Positions 50,679-63,004 of a DNA stretch of 64,000 bases are shown one piece after another (the first letter of the stretch is position 1; every line of letters starts with the position of its first letter). The stretch comes from Octopus sinensis (taxonomy: Eukaryota): the NCBI RefSeq assembly GCF_006345805.1, contig NC_042998.1, positions 52,142,001 to 52,206,000 of the forward strand, written 5' to 3'. The notes under the pieces were generated by a model, which did no database searches, was not told the DNA's origin, and saw only the letters and a program-made list of their open reading frames with translations. The position numbers and the translations under genes were made by a program.

Positions 50679-53600
50679 CCATGCAGTGGGACTGAACCTG
50701 CTATCATGTGGTTGGGAAGCCAGCTTCTTACCACACTACCATGCCTGCACCTATGTATGTGCATGTGTGCATGTATATGTTGTCACAGCAACACCTCACC
50801 CAACACCAAATGGACCAGTCTTCACAGGCCTCCACCTTACTCACTGAATGCTCACAATTGCCAACTTGGCCACTAAGAAAGGCTACATATAACTCCAACA
50901 GCCTGCATGCAGTATCCATTAATAGAAATGCTGTCATTTCATCTGGTTGCCATAGAATTTCTCTGTCTTTGTGTTTGTCTTTTGCTTGCTTCAGTCATTG
51001 GACTGTTGCCATGGTGGAGTAACGCTTTCAAGGGTTTAGTCAAAGAAATCAACCTCAATACTTATTTTTAAAATCTGGTGCTTATTGTATTAGTTTGTTT
51101 TGCTGAACTACAAAGTTACAGGGACATAAACAAACCAACACCGGTTTGTCAAGCATTGGTGGGGGATAAACACAAACACAAGGATGCATGCACACACATA
51201 CACAAACATACACACACAACACACACACATACACACACACAAACACACACAAACACACACAAATACACAAGGAGATTCTTACAGTTTCCATCTGTCAAAC
51301 CTGCTCACAAGGCATTTCAATTATTCAGCAGACATTCCACCCACACTTGTGTAGCTTTCCCCTGCTGTCGCTAAGATATCACTGCACCCATGTGATTGCA
51401 ACAGCCTATCAGATGTTAAATTCTTTTTGGTAACATAGAAGCCATTCCTTCCCACCCTGTACCTCAAATGGAGATATTGCTGATGCATGAAATACCATGC
51501 TTCATTGACATCAAGTGACATTGATAACCACATGGAGTGTTAGATCTGTTGTTACTGAATTACAACTGCAGCAATATGACCTCAGCTCACCAATTAAGTT
51601 CTCCCAGCATGAATGAAGCTATTTTGTTTTTTTTTACTCCACTTTGTCTCCATAAGTTTGAGGAACTGGTTTAGTCTTCTTATTTTTTTGTTGCCCACAA
51701 GGGGCTAGAGGGGACAAACAAGGACAGACAAAGGAATTAAGTCGATTACCTCGATCCCAGTGCATAACTGGTACTTAATTTATCAACCCCAGAAGGATGA
51801 AAGGCAAAGTCGACCTCAGCGGAATTTGAGCTCAGAACGTAGCAGCAGACGAAACACCACTAAGCATTTCGCCCAGCATGCTAACGTTTCTGCCACCTCA
51901 CCGCCTTCTTGGTTGTGTCTTCTAATGTCCACAAAACTTTAAGTAACATGAGAAGCGAAATGAAACTGTCACTCAGTAAATACAACTCCAGCTATCCAGT
52001 GTTGAGTGCTACTTCTCTTCATATCTTCACTCACTTGTGTGTGTCTTTATCGTTTTTGTCTTTTGTTTGTTGCAGTCACTAGACTATGGCCATGCTGGGA
52101 CACCATCTTGAAGAATTTTAGTTGTAGGAATCGACACCAATACTTAATTTTTTTTACATTTTTAAACCCAGCACTTCTTCTATCAGTCTATTTCACTGAA
52201 CCGCTAATGCTACAAGGATGTAATGATGCCAACAATGGTTATCAAGCAGTAGTGGAGGACAAACACAAGCACAAAGACACATACACATCTCCTGCAAGTT
52301 AACTTGGGAACTTTTGACGACAATGTAGCCTTCATTTAACTAAGGTATCTTCAGCCTGATGAATAGCTAGTAGAATACCCCTTATTGAGTAATTACTACT
52401 TCTGAGGTTTTGCTAACTAGGAAACATATGTAGCCTAGATTTTACCTGCTCCATTCCCTCAATTTGGATTTTTCTTCACTGCCAGAGCAACAAGCTGGCC
52501 TCCGTGCCAGTGGCACATAAAAAACACCATTCGAGCATGATTGTTACCTGCATCTCTTTAGTGGCATGTGAAAAAACATTCGAGTGAAGTCGTTGCCAGT
52601 GCTGCTGGACTGGCTCTTGTGCAGGTGGCACATAAAAGGCACCATTTGAGCGTGGCCATTGCCAGTACTGCCTGACTGGCCCTCGTGCCGGTGGAATGTA
52701 AAAGCACCCACTACACTCTCGGAGTGGTTGGTGTTAGGAAGGGCATCCAGCTGCAGAAACTCTGCCAGATCAGACTGGAGTCTGGTGCAGCCTTCTAGTT
52801 CACTAGACCTCCGTCAAATTGTCCAACCCATGCTAGCATGGAAAACGGGTGTTAAACGATGATAATGATGATGATGATGATGATAATATATAGCAACATG
52901 GCAGCGAGCTAGCAGAATCGTTAGCACGCCGGGCGAAATGCTTAGAGGTATTTCGTCTGCCGTTGCATTCTGAGTTTAAATTCTGCCAAGGTCGACTTTG
53001 CCTTTGATCCTTTCGGGGTCGATTGAATAAGTACCAGTTATGCACTGGGGTCGATGTAATTGACTTAATGCCTTTGTCTGTCCTTGTTTGTCCCCTCTAT
53101 GTTTAGCCCCCTGTGGGCAATAAAGAAATATATATTGCAACTCCAGTTGCTGACCATGAACTGTAAAGTAACTTTTTTCAGCTTATCAAACTTCGATATG
53201 GGAAATTTTACAACCTTCTACACCAAAAAACCACTATTGTTCCTGAAAGTTGTTTTATACCTTCTACAGACTGCTCAAAGCTAATTTACAGTGAGTGAAG
53301 AAATGAACAGAAGTAGCACTTAACACTGGCATAACTGGAGTTGTATTTACTGAGTGACAGTTTCATTTCGCTTCTCATGTTACTTAAAGTTTTGTGGACA
53401 TTAGAAGACGCAACCAGGAAGGTGGTGAGTTGGGAGAAACATTAGCATGCTGGGCGAAACGCTTAGTGGTGTTTCGTCTGCTGCTACGTTCTGAGCTCAA
53501 ATTCCGCTGAGGCCGACTCTGCCTTTCATCCTTCTGGGGTTGATAAATTAAGTACCAGTTATGCACTGGGATCGATGTAATCGACTTAATCCCTTTGTCT

Positions 53601-54615
53601 GTCCTTGTTTGTCCCCTTTAGCCCCTTGTGGGCAATAAAGAAATAAGAAGACTAAACCAGTTCCTTAAACTTATGGAGACAAAGTGGAGTAAAAAAAAAA
53701 CAAAATAGCTTCATTCATGCTGGGAGAACTTAATTGGTGAGCTGAGGTCATATTGCTGCAGTTGTAATTCAGTAACAACAGATCTAACACTCCATGTGGT
53801 TATCAATGTCACTTGATGTCAATGAAGCATGGTATTTCATGCATCAGCAATATCTCCATTTGAGGTACAGGGTGGGAAGGAATGGCTTCTATGTTACCAA
53901 AAAGAATTTAACATCTGATAGGCTGTTGCAATCACATGGGTGCAGTGATATCTTAGCGACAGCAGGGGAAAGCTACACAAGTGTGGGTGGAATGTCTACT
54001 GAGTAATTGAAATGCCTTGTGAGCAGGTTTGACAGATGGAAACTGTAAGAATCTCCTTGTGTTTGTGTGTGTGTATGTGTGTGTGTTGTGTGTGTATGAG
54101 TGTGCATGCATCCTTGTGTTTGTGTTTATCCCCCACCAATGCTTGACAAACTGGTGCTGGTTTGTTTATGTCCCTGTAACTTTGTAGTTCAGCAAAACAA
54201 ACTAACACAATAAGCACCAGATTTAAAAATAAGTATTGAGGTTGATTTCTTTGACTAAACCCTTGAAAGTGTTACTCCACCATGGCAACAGTCCAATGAC
54301 TGAAGCAAGCAAAAGACAAACACAAAGACAGAGAAATTCTATGGCAACCAGAAGAAATGGCAGCATTTCTATTAATGGATACTGCATGCAGGCTGTTGGA
54401 GTTATATGTAGCCTTTCTTAGTGGCCAAGTTGGCAATTGTGAGCATTCAGTGAGTAAGGTGGAGGCCTGTGAAGACTGGTCCATTTGGTGTTGGGTGAGG
54501 TGTTGCTGTGACAACATATACATGCACACATACACATACATAGGTGTAGGCATGGTTGTGTGGTAAGAAGCTGGCTTCCCAACCACATGATAGCAGGTTC
54601 AGTCCCACTGCATGG
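50679..54615. repeat. About 1.35-kb inverted duplication with 1.25-kb spacer
   Basis: 50679-52035 is the reverse complement of 53290-54615; mirrored ORFs in the track (51321..51533 - vs 53794..54006 +). Confidence 0.95.
52491..52885 (+). mobile_element. RTE-like 3' UTR end
   Basis: GTGCC.GTGGCAC units, conserved terminus, (GAT)n. Confidence 0.75.
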
Positions 54616-54704
54616 CACCTTGGGCAAGTGTCTTCTACTATAGCCTCAGTCTGACCAAAACCTTGTGAGTAGATATTGCAGATGGAAACTGAAAGAAGCC
54701 TGTC

Positions 54705-54750
<46 letters not shown>

Positions 54751-55565
54751 GTGTGTGTGTGTGTGTGTGCGTGTGTGTGTGTGTGTTTCTGTGTTTGTAC
54801 CCCCAACACTGCTTGACAACTCATGTTCACCAGAACGTCACAGAATTCACATTTACTTAAATCTTTATGAGAAAACTATTGTGGAATAACTGTAGAGAAA
54901 TTCAAGACATTTTTTTAAACACCAGTTGATGCAAGCATAAGATGATTTGTGTTTTGTCATAATTCTTGCGTGTTAATTAACATAAAAATACAGTATTATT
55001 TTCATAATGTATGTGTATGTGTGTGTTCCTGTATGTATCTATTTGAAGTCTGTGTGAATGCATGCATTTGGTAATACAGGTGTGTATTAGTATTTACATG
55101 TCTGGGTGAGAGTGTTCTCACACTGACACTTATCTGTGTTCTTGTTCGAGTGACATGCGCTCATGTAAATGATGGAATACACTCTGACTGTCAGGGAAAA
55201 ACTATGGCTTTCATAATGGCCAGTAGGCTCCAGCATTCTGACTTAATTGGCTGAAAATAGCTAAAGAAAAGACCCAATAAAATATTATTCCTAATATGTC
55301 AACCCTATATTAGGAACATAAATAAGGCAATGTGTTGGAGGAATCGTTAGAGGAGTGGTTCTCAACTGGAGTTCATATGGAATTTTTTCATATACATTAG
55401 CTGTATGGTAAGAAGCTTGCTTCCCAACCACATGGTTTTGGGTTCAGTCCTACTGCACAATACCTTGGGTAAGTGTTTTCTACTATAACCTAGGTCCACC
55501 AAAGCCTTATGAGTGGATTTGGTAGATGGAAACAGAAAGAAGCCCGTCATATATATATATATATA

Positions 55566-55720
55566 CTTTATTTAAAAGTAGCAGAAATATAACAAAAGCT
55601 GTTACTCCGAGTAACAGGTTTTGTTATATTTCTGCTGCTTTTAAATAAAGCGTATTACTCTACCTCTGGTATTTGAGTACTCTTTTTTTCACCTTGTTTC
55701 ACATTTATGTGCTTACTCCG
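55566..55720 (+). mobile_element. Foldback (42-bp arms plus tail) inside the (TA)n of a family A SINE
   Basis: 55566-55607 / 55609-55650 inverted; SINE head at about 55395-55545 and tail at about 55740-55970 flank it. Confidence 0.7.
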
Positions 55721-56348
55721 GTGTGTGATAGTGTGTGTATATACATACATACATGTGCATGTGTGTGTGTGTTTGTGTCTGTGTTTGTCCCCACCACCAC
55801 TTGACAACTGGTGTTTGTTTGTTTATGTCCCCATAACATATTGGTTCAACAAAAGAGACCATCAGAATAAGTACCTGACTTAAAAGAAAAAATAAGTACT
55901 GGAGGTAGTTCTTCAAGGTGATGCCCCAGTATGGCCATAGTCTAATGACTGAAGCAAGTAAAAGATAAAAGATTGATTGGCTATGGAAGCACAGGAGAGT
56001 AAAACAGAAATCAAAGAGGTCCATAGCCAAAAAAATGTTTGAGAAACACTGCATTAGAGCATCAAATAAAGCACCTTGTGGTATTTGTTTCAGTTTGACT
56101 GTCTTTTGATTTAAATTCTGCCAGTTCCAACTTTACCATTCATACTTTGTGAATAGAGAAATAAAGTAACAATTCAGGACAGTATATTAGCAAAATTGAT
56201 AGAATGTTATGATCCAAAATACCTTATCATATTTGTTCTAGTATTTTACTGCTAGGCCCTTGCCTTTCCTTTGGATAGCATCACTAATACAGAGAAAAAG
56301 GCTTGTGTGCATTTGATTCTTTTCTACATGCATATGGTGCAATGTCCA

Positions 56349-56557
56349 GTACTTGCTGACTGGCTCCTGTGCCATTGGCACATAAAAAGCATCCACTACA
56401 CTCTCGGAGTGGTTGGCATTAGGAAGGGCATCCAGCTGTAGAAACCTTGCCAGATCAGATTGGAGCCTGGTGCAGCTACCTGGCTTGCCAGTCCTCAGTC
56501 AAACCGTCCAACCCATGCCAACATGGAAAGCGGATGTTAAATGATGATGATGATGAC
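56349..56557 (+). mobile_element. RTE-like 3' end
   Basis: Conserved terminus and (GAT)n. Confidence 0.75.
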
Positions 56558-56584
56558 TGTCTGCCAATGGCAGACAATGACCAT

Positions 56585-56885
56585 TACTTCTGCTGCTTGA
56601 ACTACCAGGTCATATGATTTTGGCCTAATTTGGCCTCGTCAGTGATAGGTACCAAGTGGCTGGAAATAGCAGTAACTACTGCACTAGATATATACAAAGA
56701 AATACAGAAAGATGCTTTAATAAACCCACTGGCCTTTAATGTCATTGATGCCTGTTTTGGCTCTGTACTTCTATGTATATCATTAATGCAGCAGTTATTG
56801 CTATTTTCAGCTGCTTGGTGCCTATCATTGAAAAGACCAAATCAGGCCAAAATCACTTGATTTGATAGTCCAAGCAGCAGAAGTA
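56585..56885. mobile_element. Old foldback (about 124-bp arms) with decayed hammerhead folds in both arms
   Basis: Arms 56585-56708 / 56762-56885; HHR-like 56602-56648 (-) and 56822-56868 (+). Confidence 0.7.
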
Positions 56886-57133
56886 GCAGTAATTGTCTGC
56901 AGCTGGTGATAGCTATGACGTGCTCTTCTGCACCAGTTAACGATATGAATGATTTCTCTCTTGGTAAATGTTGCTGTATTTGTGTGTTCTAACACAATAC
57001 TCACTGTTAAGTAGTGAATATATATGTGGACAGCTGTGTGAAGAAGTGCCAGTCTCTAATAGTGGAGGGAAGCTGTGGAAGAAGGAAAACCTAAGAAAAC
57101 ATGGGAGGAGGTAGTGAAGCATGATCATTGAAT

Positions 57134-57583
57134 GTTGGGCGTCATGGAGGTAATGACCTTTAGCGATGTGCTGTGCTTGAGAAAACCCATCAAGCCAACT
57201 GATATCATCATTGTGGCAGTTGTCAGTGTCATATTACTGGCACCTGTGCTGGTGACACATAAAAAGCACCTTTTGTGCATTGGGCCTCATGGAGGTAATG
57301 ACAAATGATCGAGAGCTTTGGCAATATACTCTGCTTGAGAAGAAGACTCCGTCAAGCCAAGTGAAATCATGGTCATGGCAGATATTAGTGTCACACAACT
57401 AGCACCCATGCCAGTGGCACATAAAAGCACCCATTACATTATCAGAGTGGTTGGCATTAGGAAAGACATCTAGCCATAGAAACTATGCTAAATCAGACTG
57501 GTGCAGCCCCTCAGCTTACTAGCCCTGTTCAAACCATCCAACCTATGCCAGCATGGACAATGGATGTTAAATGATGGTAATGA
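57134..57583 (+). mobile_element. Old RTE 3' end with duplicated ORF terminus
   Basis: TTGGGC.TCATGGAGGTAATGAC..GCTTGAGAA appears twice; UTR units; GTTAAATGAT end. Confidence 0.65.
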
Positions 57584-57742
57584 TATGTATAATAAAGGGT
57601 AAAATTAATTAATTAATTGATAATTAATAATTCTACGAAGTAGTATTCGGCATGTTAAAAGGACCATTTTCAGTTAACTTAAATAATATTTTTTTATAAT
57701 TATGAGTAATTATAATTGTATATATATTTATTTTATAGAAGG

Positions 57743-57793
57743 AGCTTCTACAGGACTAGAACTGTTTCATTCAAATGAAATCATCAGGAAGCT
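57743..57793 (-). ncRNA. Type I hammerhead ribozyme (inverted copy)
   Basis: Exact reverse complement of 58878-58928. Confidence 0.8.
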
Positions 57794-58470
57794 TGCAGTC
57801 AAAATAAGTTCTGGTATTTATACATTTAGGCAGATTTAATGGGGTGGTAGTGGGGGACGTTTTTTGGGTAAGCAGGGCACAAACTGTGGTTCTTAGGGGA
57901 GTGGTCAAAAGAATCAGTGATAAAGTAAATAAATGAATAAATAGAATAATTGAATGGAGTTTTAGGTAAATTAGAAGACTATTGCATTTAACTCCCTGGG
58001 GAGTTCTAGGAACTTTTGGCGTTTGTCTATTCTAGCGTCACTGAATGTATGTCGGGGGGGGGGGAGGGTAGGCAGGTCATAAATTATACCTTTTATGATT
58101 TTGAAGACGGTCAGATGCCATTCGGGGGGGTCTAAGAACTTCGGCTACTTTATATGTTTGTATAATTGTACTGTGGAGGTGTGTGTGTCTCTGTGTGTAC
58201 GTGTGTGTTTTTTTTTTGTGTGTGTATGTGTATGTGCGTGTGTGTGTGTGTGTGTGTCTCTGTGTGTTTGGAGTAGGGGGGAGAGACAAATAGAGAAAAG
58301 GGAAAATAAAAATAAAAATAAAATTAAAATAAGGGAGGAAGATGAGGAGAGAAGAAAATATATATATGTGTGTGTGTATATGTGGGTATATATATGTGTA
58401 GATATATATGTGCGTGTGTTTGCGTGTTTGCATGTATGCGTATGTGTATCTGTATATATGTGTATGTATG

Positions 58471-58501
<31 letters not shown>

Positions 58502-58877
58502 GTAAATATATATATATATATATGTGCTAGTATGTATATGCATGGGCATATGTATATGTATATGTATGGATATTCGTATGTGTATGTATGTGGGTTTGTA
58601 TGTATATTTATTTTATATGTTTTTCCATGTATATTTATCTACTTCTTCCCTCCACTTAATAACAACAACAACAAACTGACTAAAAGCAATAGTCTTCTAA
58701 TTTACCTAAAACTCCATTCAATTATTCTATTTATTCATTTATTTACTTTATCACTGATTCTTTTGACCACTCCCCTAAGAACCACAGTTTGTGCCCTGCT
58801 TACCCAAAAAACGTCCCCCACTACCACCCCATTAAATCTGCCTAAATGTATAAATACCAGAACTTATTTTGACAGCA

Positions 58878-58928
58878 AGCTTCCTGATGATTTCATTTGA
58901 ATGAAACAGTTCTAGTCCTGTAGAAGCT
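58878..58928 (+). ncRNA. Type I hammerhead ribozyme
   Basis: AGCUUC-CUGAUGA-UUUCAUUUGAAU-GAAA-CAG(UUCUAGUC)CUG-UA-GAAGCU; stem I 6 bp, stem III 4 bp, GUA site, weak stem II. Confidence 0.8.
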
Positions 58929-59010
58929 CCTTCTATAAAATAAATTAATTTACTCTGCTATGTATTGAGTACCTTATTTACTGTGGTTAACCCCGACTCA
59001 ACCTGGGACC

Positions 59011-59056
<46 letters not shown>

Positions 59057-59098
59057 TATATAGATATATACATATATATATATATATATATATGTATG

Positions 59099-59133
<35 letters not shown>

Positions 59134-59221
59134 TCAATTAAATTCAATTGAATTAGGTACTTAAGTTGAAGCACCAAGCCAGTCAGGTATTATCTGCACA
59201 GCTGGAAGTAAGGTGAATAAA

Positions 59222-59267
59222 ATCAAAATAAGCAACAGGATTATCAAGGCCATCCTGTTGCTTATTT

Positions 59268-59271
<4 letters not shown>
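59222..59271. repeat. Perfect 20-bp-arm hairpin next to (TA)n
   Basis: ATCAAAATAAGCAACAGGAT / ATCCTGTTGCTTATTTTGAT, 10-nt loop. Confidence 0.9.
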
Positions 59272-59349
<78 letters not shown>

Positions 59350-59350
59350 C

Positions 59351-59514
59351 AATTTAAATACACAACTGACAGAGCTACTAATAATTTCATGCTATTATGC
59401 TATTTCAGGCCGAAATATTGCTTTCAAATACATGGCGTATTTTATAAATATGCCTTTTCAAGTATCATAATAGCATGAAACTATTAGAAGCTCTTTCAAT
59501 TATGTATTTAAATT
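59351..59514. repeat. Diverged foldback, 49-bp arms
   Basis: 59351-59399 / 59466-59514 inverted with about 5 mismatches. Confidence 0.85.
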
Positions 59515-59609
59515 AGTATTTATCTCACTAGATGGAGTACTTTTTTTGCTGATTCTACTTCTATTGGATCTTTAAACTATATATAAACATATATATGTGC
59601 ATATATATA

Positions 59610-59947
59610 ATATTACAGAGATGTACTTGCATAGTAAGTGACCTGATCTGAGATCGTGTGCTGAAACAAAAACAGTTGCAATGTGGAAGGTGTTTATAAG
59701 CCATTTAAAAACACACAAAAACCGTTAGATTCACTTCAACATTTAAATTTAATTTGCCAAAATATTTTCATCGCTTTGAGACCGTGACCTGTTCACTAAC
59801 AAAATTCCATGCTGCATCTCGGAATTTTGTCAGGGAACAGGTCGTGGTCTCAAAGCACCAAAAATATTTTGGCAAATTAAATTTAAATGTTGAAGTGAAT
59901 CTAACGGCTTTTGTGTGTTATAAACACTTTTCACACTGCAATTGTTT
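59610..59947 (-). mobile_element. Foldback (about 130-bp arms) with hammerhead-like variant core
   Basis: Arms about 59670-59808 / 59821-59947; fold at 59753-59803 (-) with GUGAACA core. Confidence 0.65.
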
Positions 59948-59964
59948 ATATATATATACATATT

Positions 59965-60016
<52 letters not shown>

Positions 60017-60017
60017 A

Positions 60018-60191
60018 AAACAAGAGTACAAAATAGTACCGGCAATTGCTAGAAATAGGAGTCAAAACAACTTAGATTAGCCACACAGAGCACTAACCTC
60101 ATGAATTGATGGTTAGTGCTCTATGTAGATATTTTGAGCCATTTTGACTCCTATTTCTAGCAATTGCCAGTACTATTTTGTACCCTTGTTT
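60018..60191. repeat. Nested foldback after (TA)n
   Basis: Outer arms of about 52 bp (AAACAAGAGTACAAAATAGTAC...) and an inner AGAGCACTAACC / GGTTAGTGCTCT stem. Confidence 0.9.
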
Positions 60192-60286
60192 ATTAACTTG
60201 CCTTTAGGTTTCAACTGCTAATGAGCCACCTATATTATAATATATGTAGTATATTTTTAATTTATTAATATATTATATCTTATTGC

Positions 60287-60329
<43 letters not shown>

Positions 60330-61407
60330 TGTGTGTGTGTATGTATGTATGTATGCATCTGTGTATTTATATATCATCAATATTAGCATTTAACATTTGC
60401 TTTCCATACTGGCATAGGCTGGTTATTCAACGGAACCAGTAAGCTGCAAGGCTGCTTTCAACTCCAGTGTCATCTATGACATAGTTTCTATGGTTGGATG
60501 CTCTTCCTAACAGCAACCACTCTACAGAGTGCACTGGGTGCTTTTATTTTTACTGTACCATTGGTGCTAGTGAGGTTGCTAAGTAACTTGCAAGATAGAA
60601 GAGAACAGAAAATAAAGCAAGGGAAATGTATCAGAGTGGAGATGTAAAAAGACAAACACACATGCAACCATACATATTTAGGTGTTCATACACACACGCA
60701 TGTGCACACACACACACACACACACATGTCAAGCTTCCATAAAGTTTCTGTTTGCTAATTTTACTTGCAATTTGAAGTTATTGCATCAGATACATACCCT
60801 AGCTGGAGCAAAGTGAGATCAAATCTGTAACCCTGTGGATGTGAAGCAAACTTCTTAACTAAATATGAACCAATAAAAAAATTATCAGGAAAATTTTCAA
60901 AACATGATACTAAATGAAAAATTTATAATGATGGAAGAACGACAGCTCTAACAACAACAACAACAACAACAACAACAAAAAAAAAGAAAGAAAACAAAGA
61001 AAGAAACTAAAGAAAAAAGAAAAGAGAGAAGAAGCGTAGAAAAGAAGAAGAAAAAAAGGAGAGAAAGAGCCAAAGCTGAAATTACAACTAAAATAGGAAA
61101 ATAAAATATAAAGAGTGACAGAGCACTAAAACACAAATGCATGCATGTATATGTGTATGTGTGTATATAAATGTGTGTGTGTGTGTGTGTATATATATGT
61201 ATGTATGGATGTACAACCACCTGATACCTTACAGCAACACAGATGTTTCAATACATTCTCATATTACTTCAAAGGCCAGACTACCTTTGAAGAGATCCAT
61301 AAACAAAAAGAAGCAATTGTACTATTGTCAGGGACCCATTGGTTAATAAAAGTAATAGACTCTGCACCTATCACCCATTTAGTACTTTCTCTCTCTGTGT
61401 CTGTCTA

Positions 61408-61492
<85 letters not shown>

Positions 61493-61719
61493 GTATGTAT
61501 GTATGTATATTTGTATGTATGTATGTATGTATGTATGTATGTATGTATGTATGTATGTATGTATGTATGTATGTATGTTTGTATGTATATCGGAAATCTG
61601 CACTGTTTCCATAACTACCAGCTCAACTATAATCTTGGAGTCCTTGTAATCCATTACAGCACTAACCTAGCGTACCTAATTGTTTAGATCACCTGTGAAC
61701 TAAACCCCCATCATCCTTA

Positions 61720-61910
61720 TCATCATCATCATCATCGTTTAACGTCCGTTTTCCATGCTAGCATGGGTTGGACGGTTCAACTGGGGTCTGGGAAGCCAGA
61801 AGGCTGCGCCAGGCCCAGTCTGATCTGGCAGTGTTTCTACAGCTGGATGCCCTTCCTAACGCCAACCACTCTGTGAGTGTAGTGGGTGCTTTTTACGTGC
61901 CACCTGCACA
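61720..61910 (-). mobile_element. RTE-like 3' end, young copy
   Basis: Near-identical reverse complement of 5150-5310. Confidence 0.8.
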
Positions 61911-61921
61911 GCCCCATATTT

Positions 61922-61968
<47 letters not shown>

Positions 61969-62493
61969 GTCTGTTTATTTCCTACCACAGCTTGACAACT
62001 GGTGCTGGTGAGTTTACTTCCCCATAACTTAGCCATTCAGCAAAAGAAACAGATAAAATAAATACTAGGCTTAAGCAAATAAGTCTTGTAGCCAATATCT
62101 TTCACTGAAACCCTCCAGGGAAGTGACCCAGCATGGCCACAGTCAAATGAATGAAGCAAGTCAAAGATAATAGAAAGATTTGCATGTCTGTGTGTGCATC
62201 TTTATGTGCATTTCTGCATCTGATTATATCTCACATGCTGTGTCTGTCATGAAAGGTATAGAGCCAAAAGCAAATCATGATGCTTCTTGACGTTCCCTGC
62301 TAAGAACTCATCCCACAGCTTTGTGTTTTCGAATAGGAGTGGAATAAAATTTCTTTTGCTTCTAAGATAGGGGAGGATTAATAACAGGAGGAGCATCCAA
62401 CTGTAAAGCAATGCCTCAATACGTGTTCATCATGGAAAAATAGATGCAAAATGAATGAAATAGTATATGTATATATATATATGTGTGTGTGTG

Positions 62494-62542
<49 letters not shown>

Positions 62543-63004
62543 AATATATATATATTTATATATACATATATATATATTTATATAAATATATATATATATA
62601 TCAACAATTGAGGGTAAAATTAATTAATCAATTTCACCAAGTGTTCAGTATGTAAATATATATATATATATATTATATACATATATATGTGTATACACAC
62701 ACACGCACAGCTGTGCATGCAGACACACAGACATGCACACATACACATACATATCACATTTGCTGTTTATTTATTCTGTTTTACCATGATATTACGCTAA
62801 ATATTATGAAATGTATCACAGAATATAAGCATGTTGTTGAAGTAATAGAATTATAAGGAAAGGTATCTGTTGTCATCCAAGTAAGTCAAGTAGCAGAAAG
62901 CACTTTGCCCACAAACACAGCTCAATGGCAACAGTTAGATCTTTTAAAGATAAAATTGGGTGTGCCTCGAAATTGACATATGAGTTTCACATTTTATTGG
63001 TTTC

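Larger units (their letters stand above)
57726..59013. mobile_element. Penelope-like inverted pseudo-LTR structure without ORF
   Basis: 260-bp arms 57726-57985 / 58686-58945, nearly identical; 700-bp microsatellite-rich spacer; right arm extends to about 59013 then (TA)n; a hammerhead in each arm. Confidence 0.8.

Noticed and set aside
52320-52380. CTGAAGA (minus) and CTGATGA (plus) motifs
   Set aside because: GAAA is absent and the stems do not close; at most an unrecognisable relic.
51321-54006. Duplicated 70-aa ORF MWLSMSLDVNEAW...
   Set aside because: It appears twice only because of the inverted duplication; no recognisable domain or splice signals.
56587-56883. TA-flanked Tc1/mariner MITE
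   Set aside because: The arms cover most of the element and contain hammerhead folds, which fits the foldback/PLE class better.
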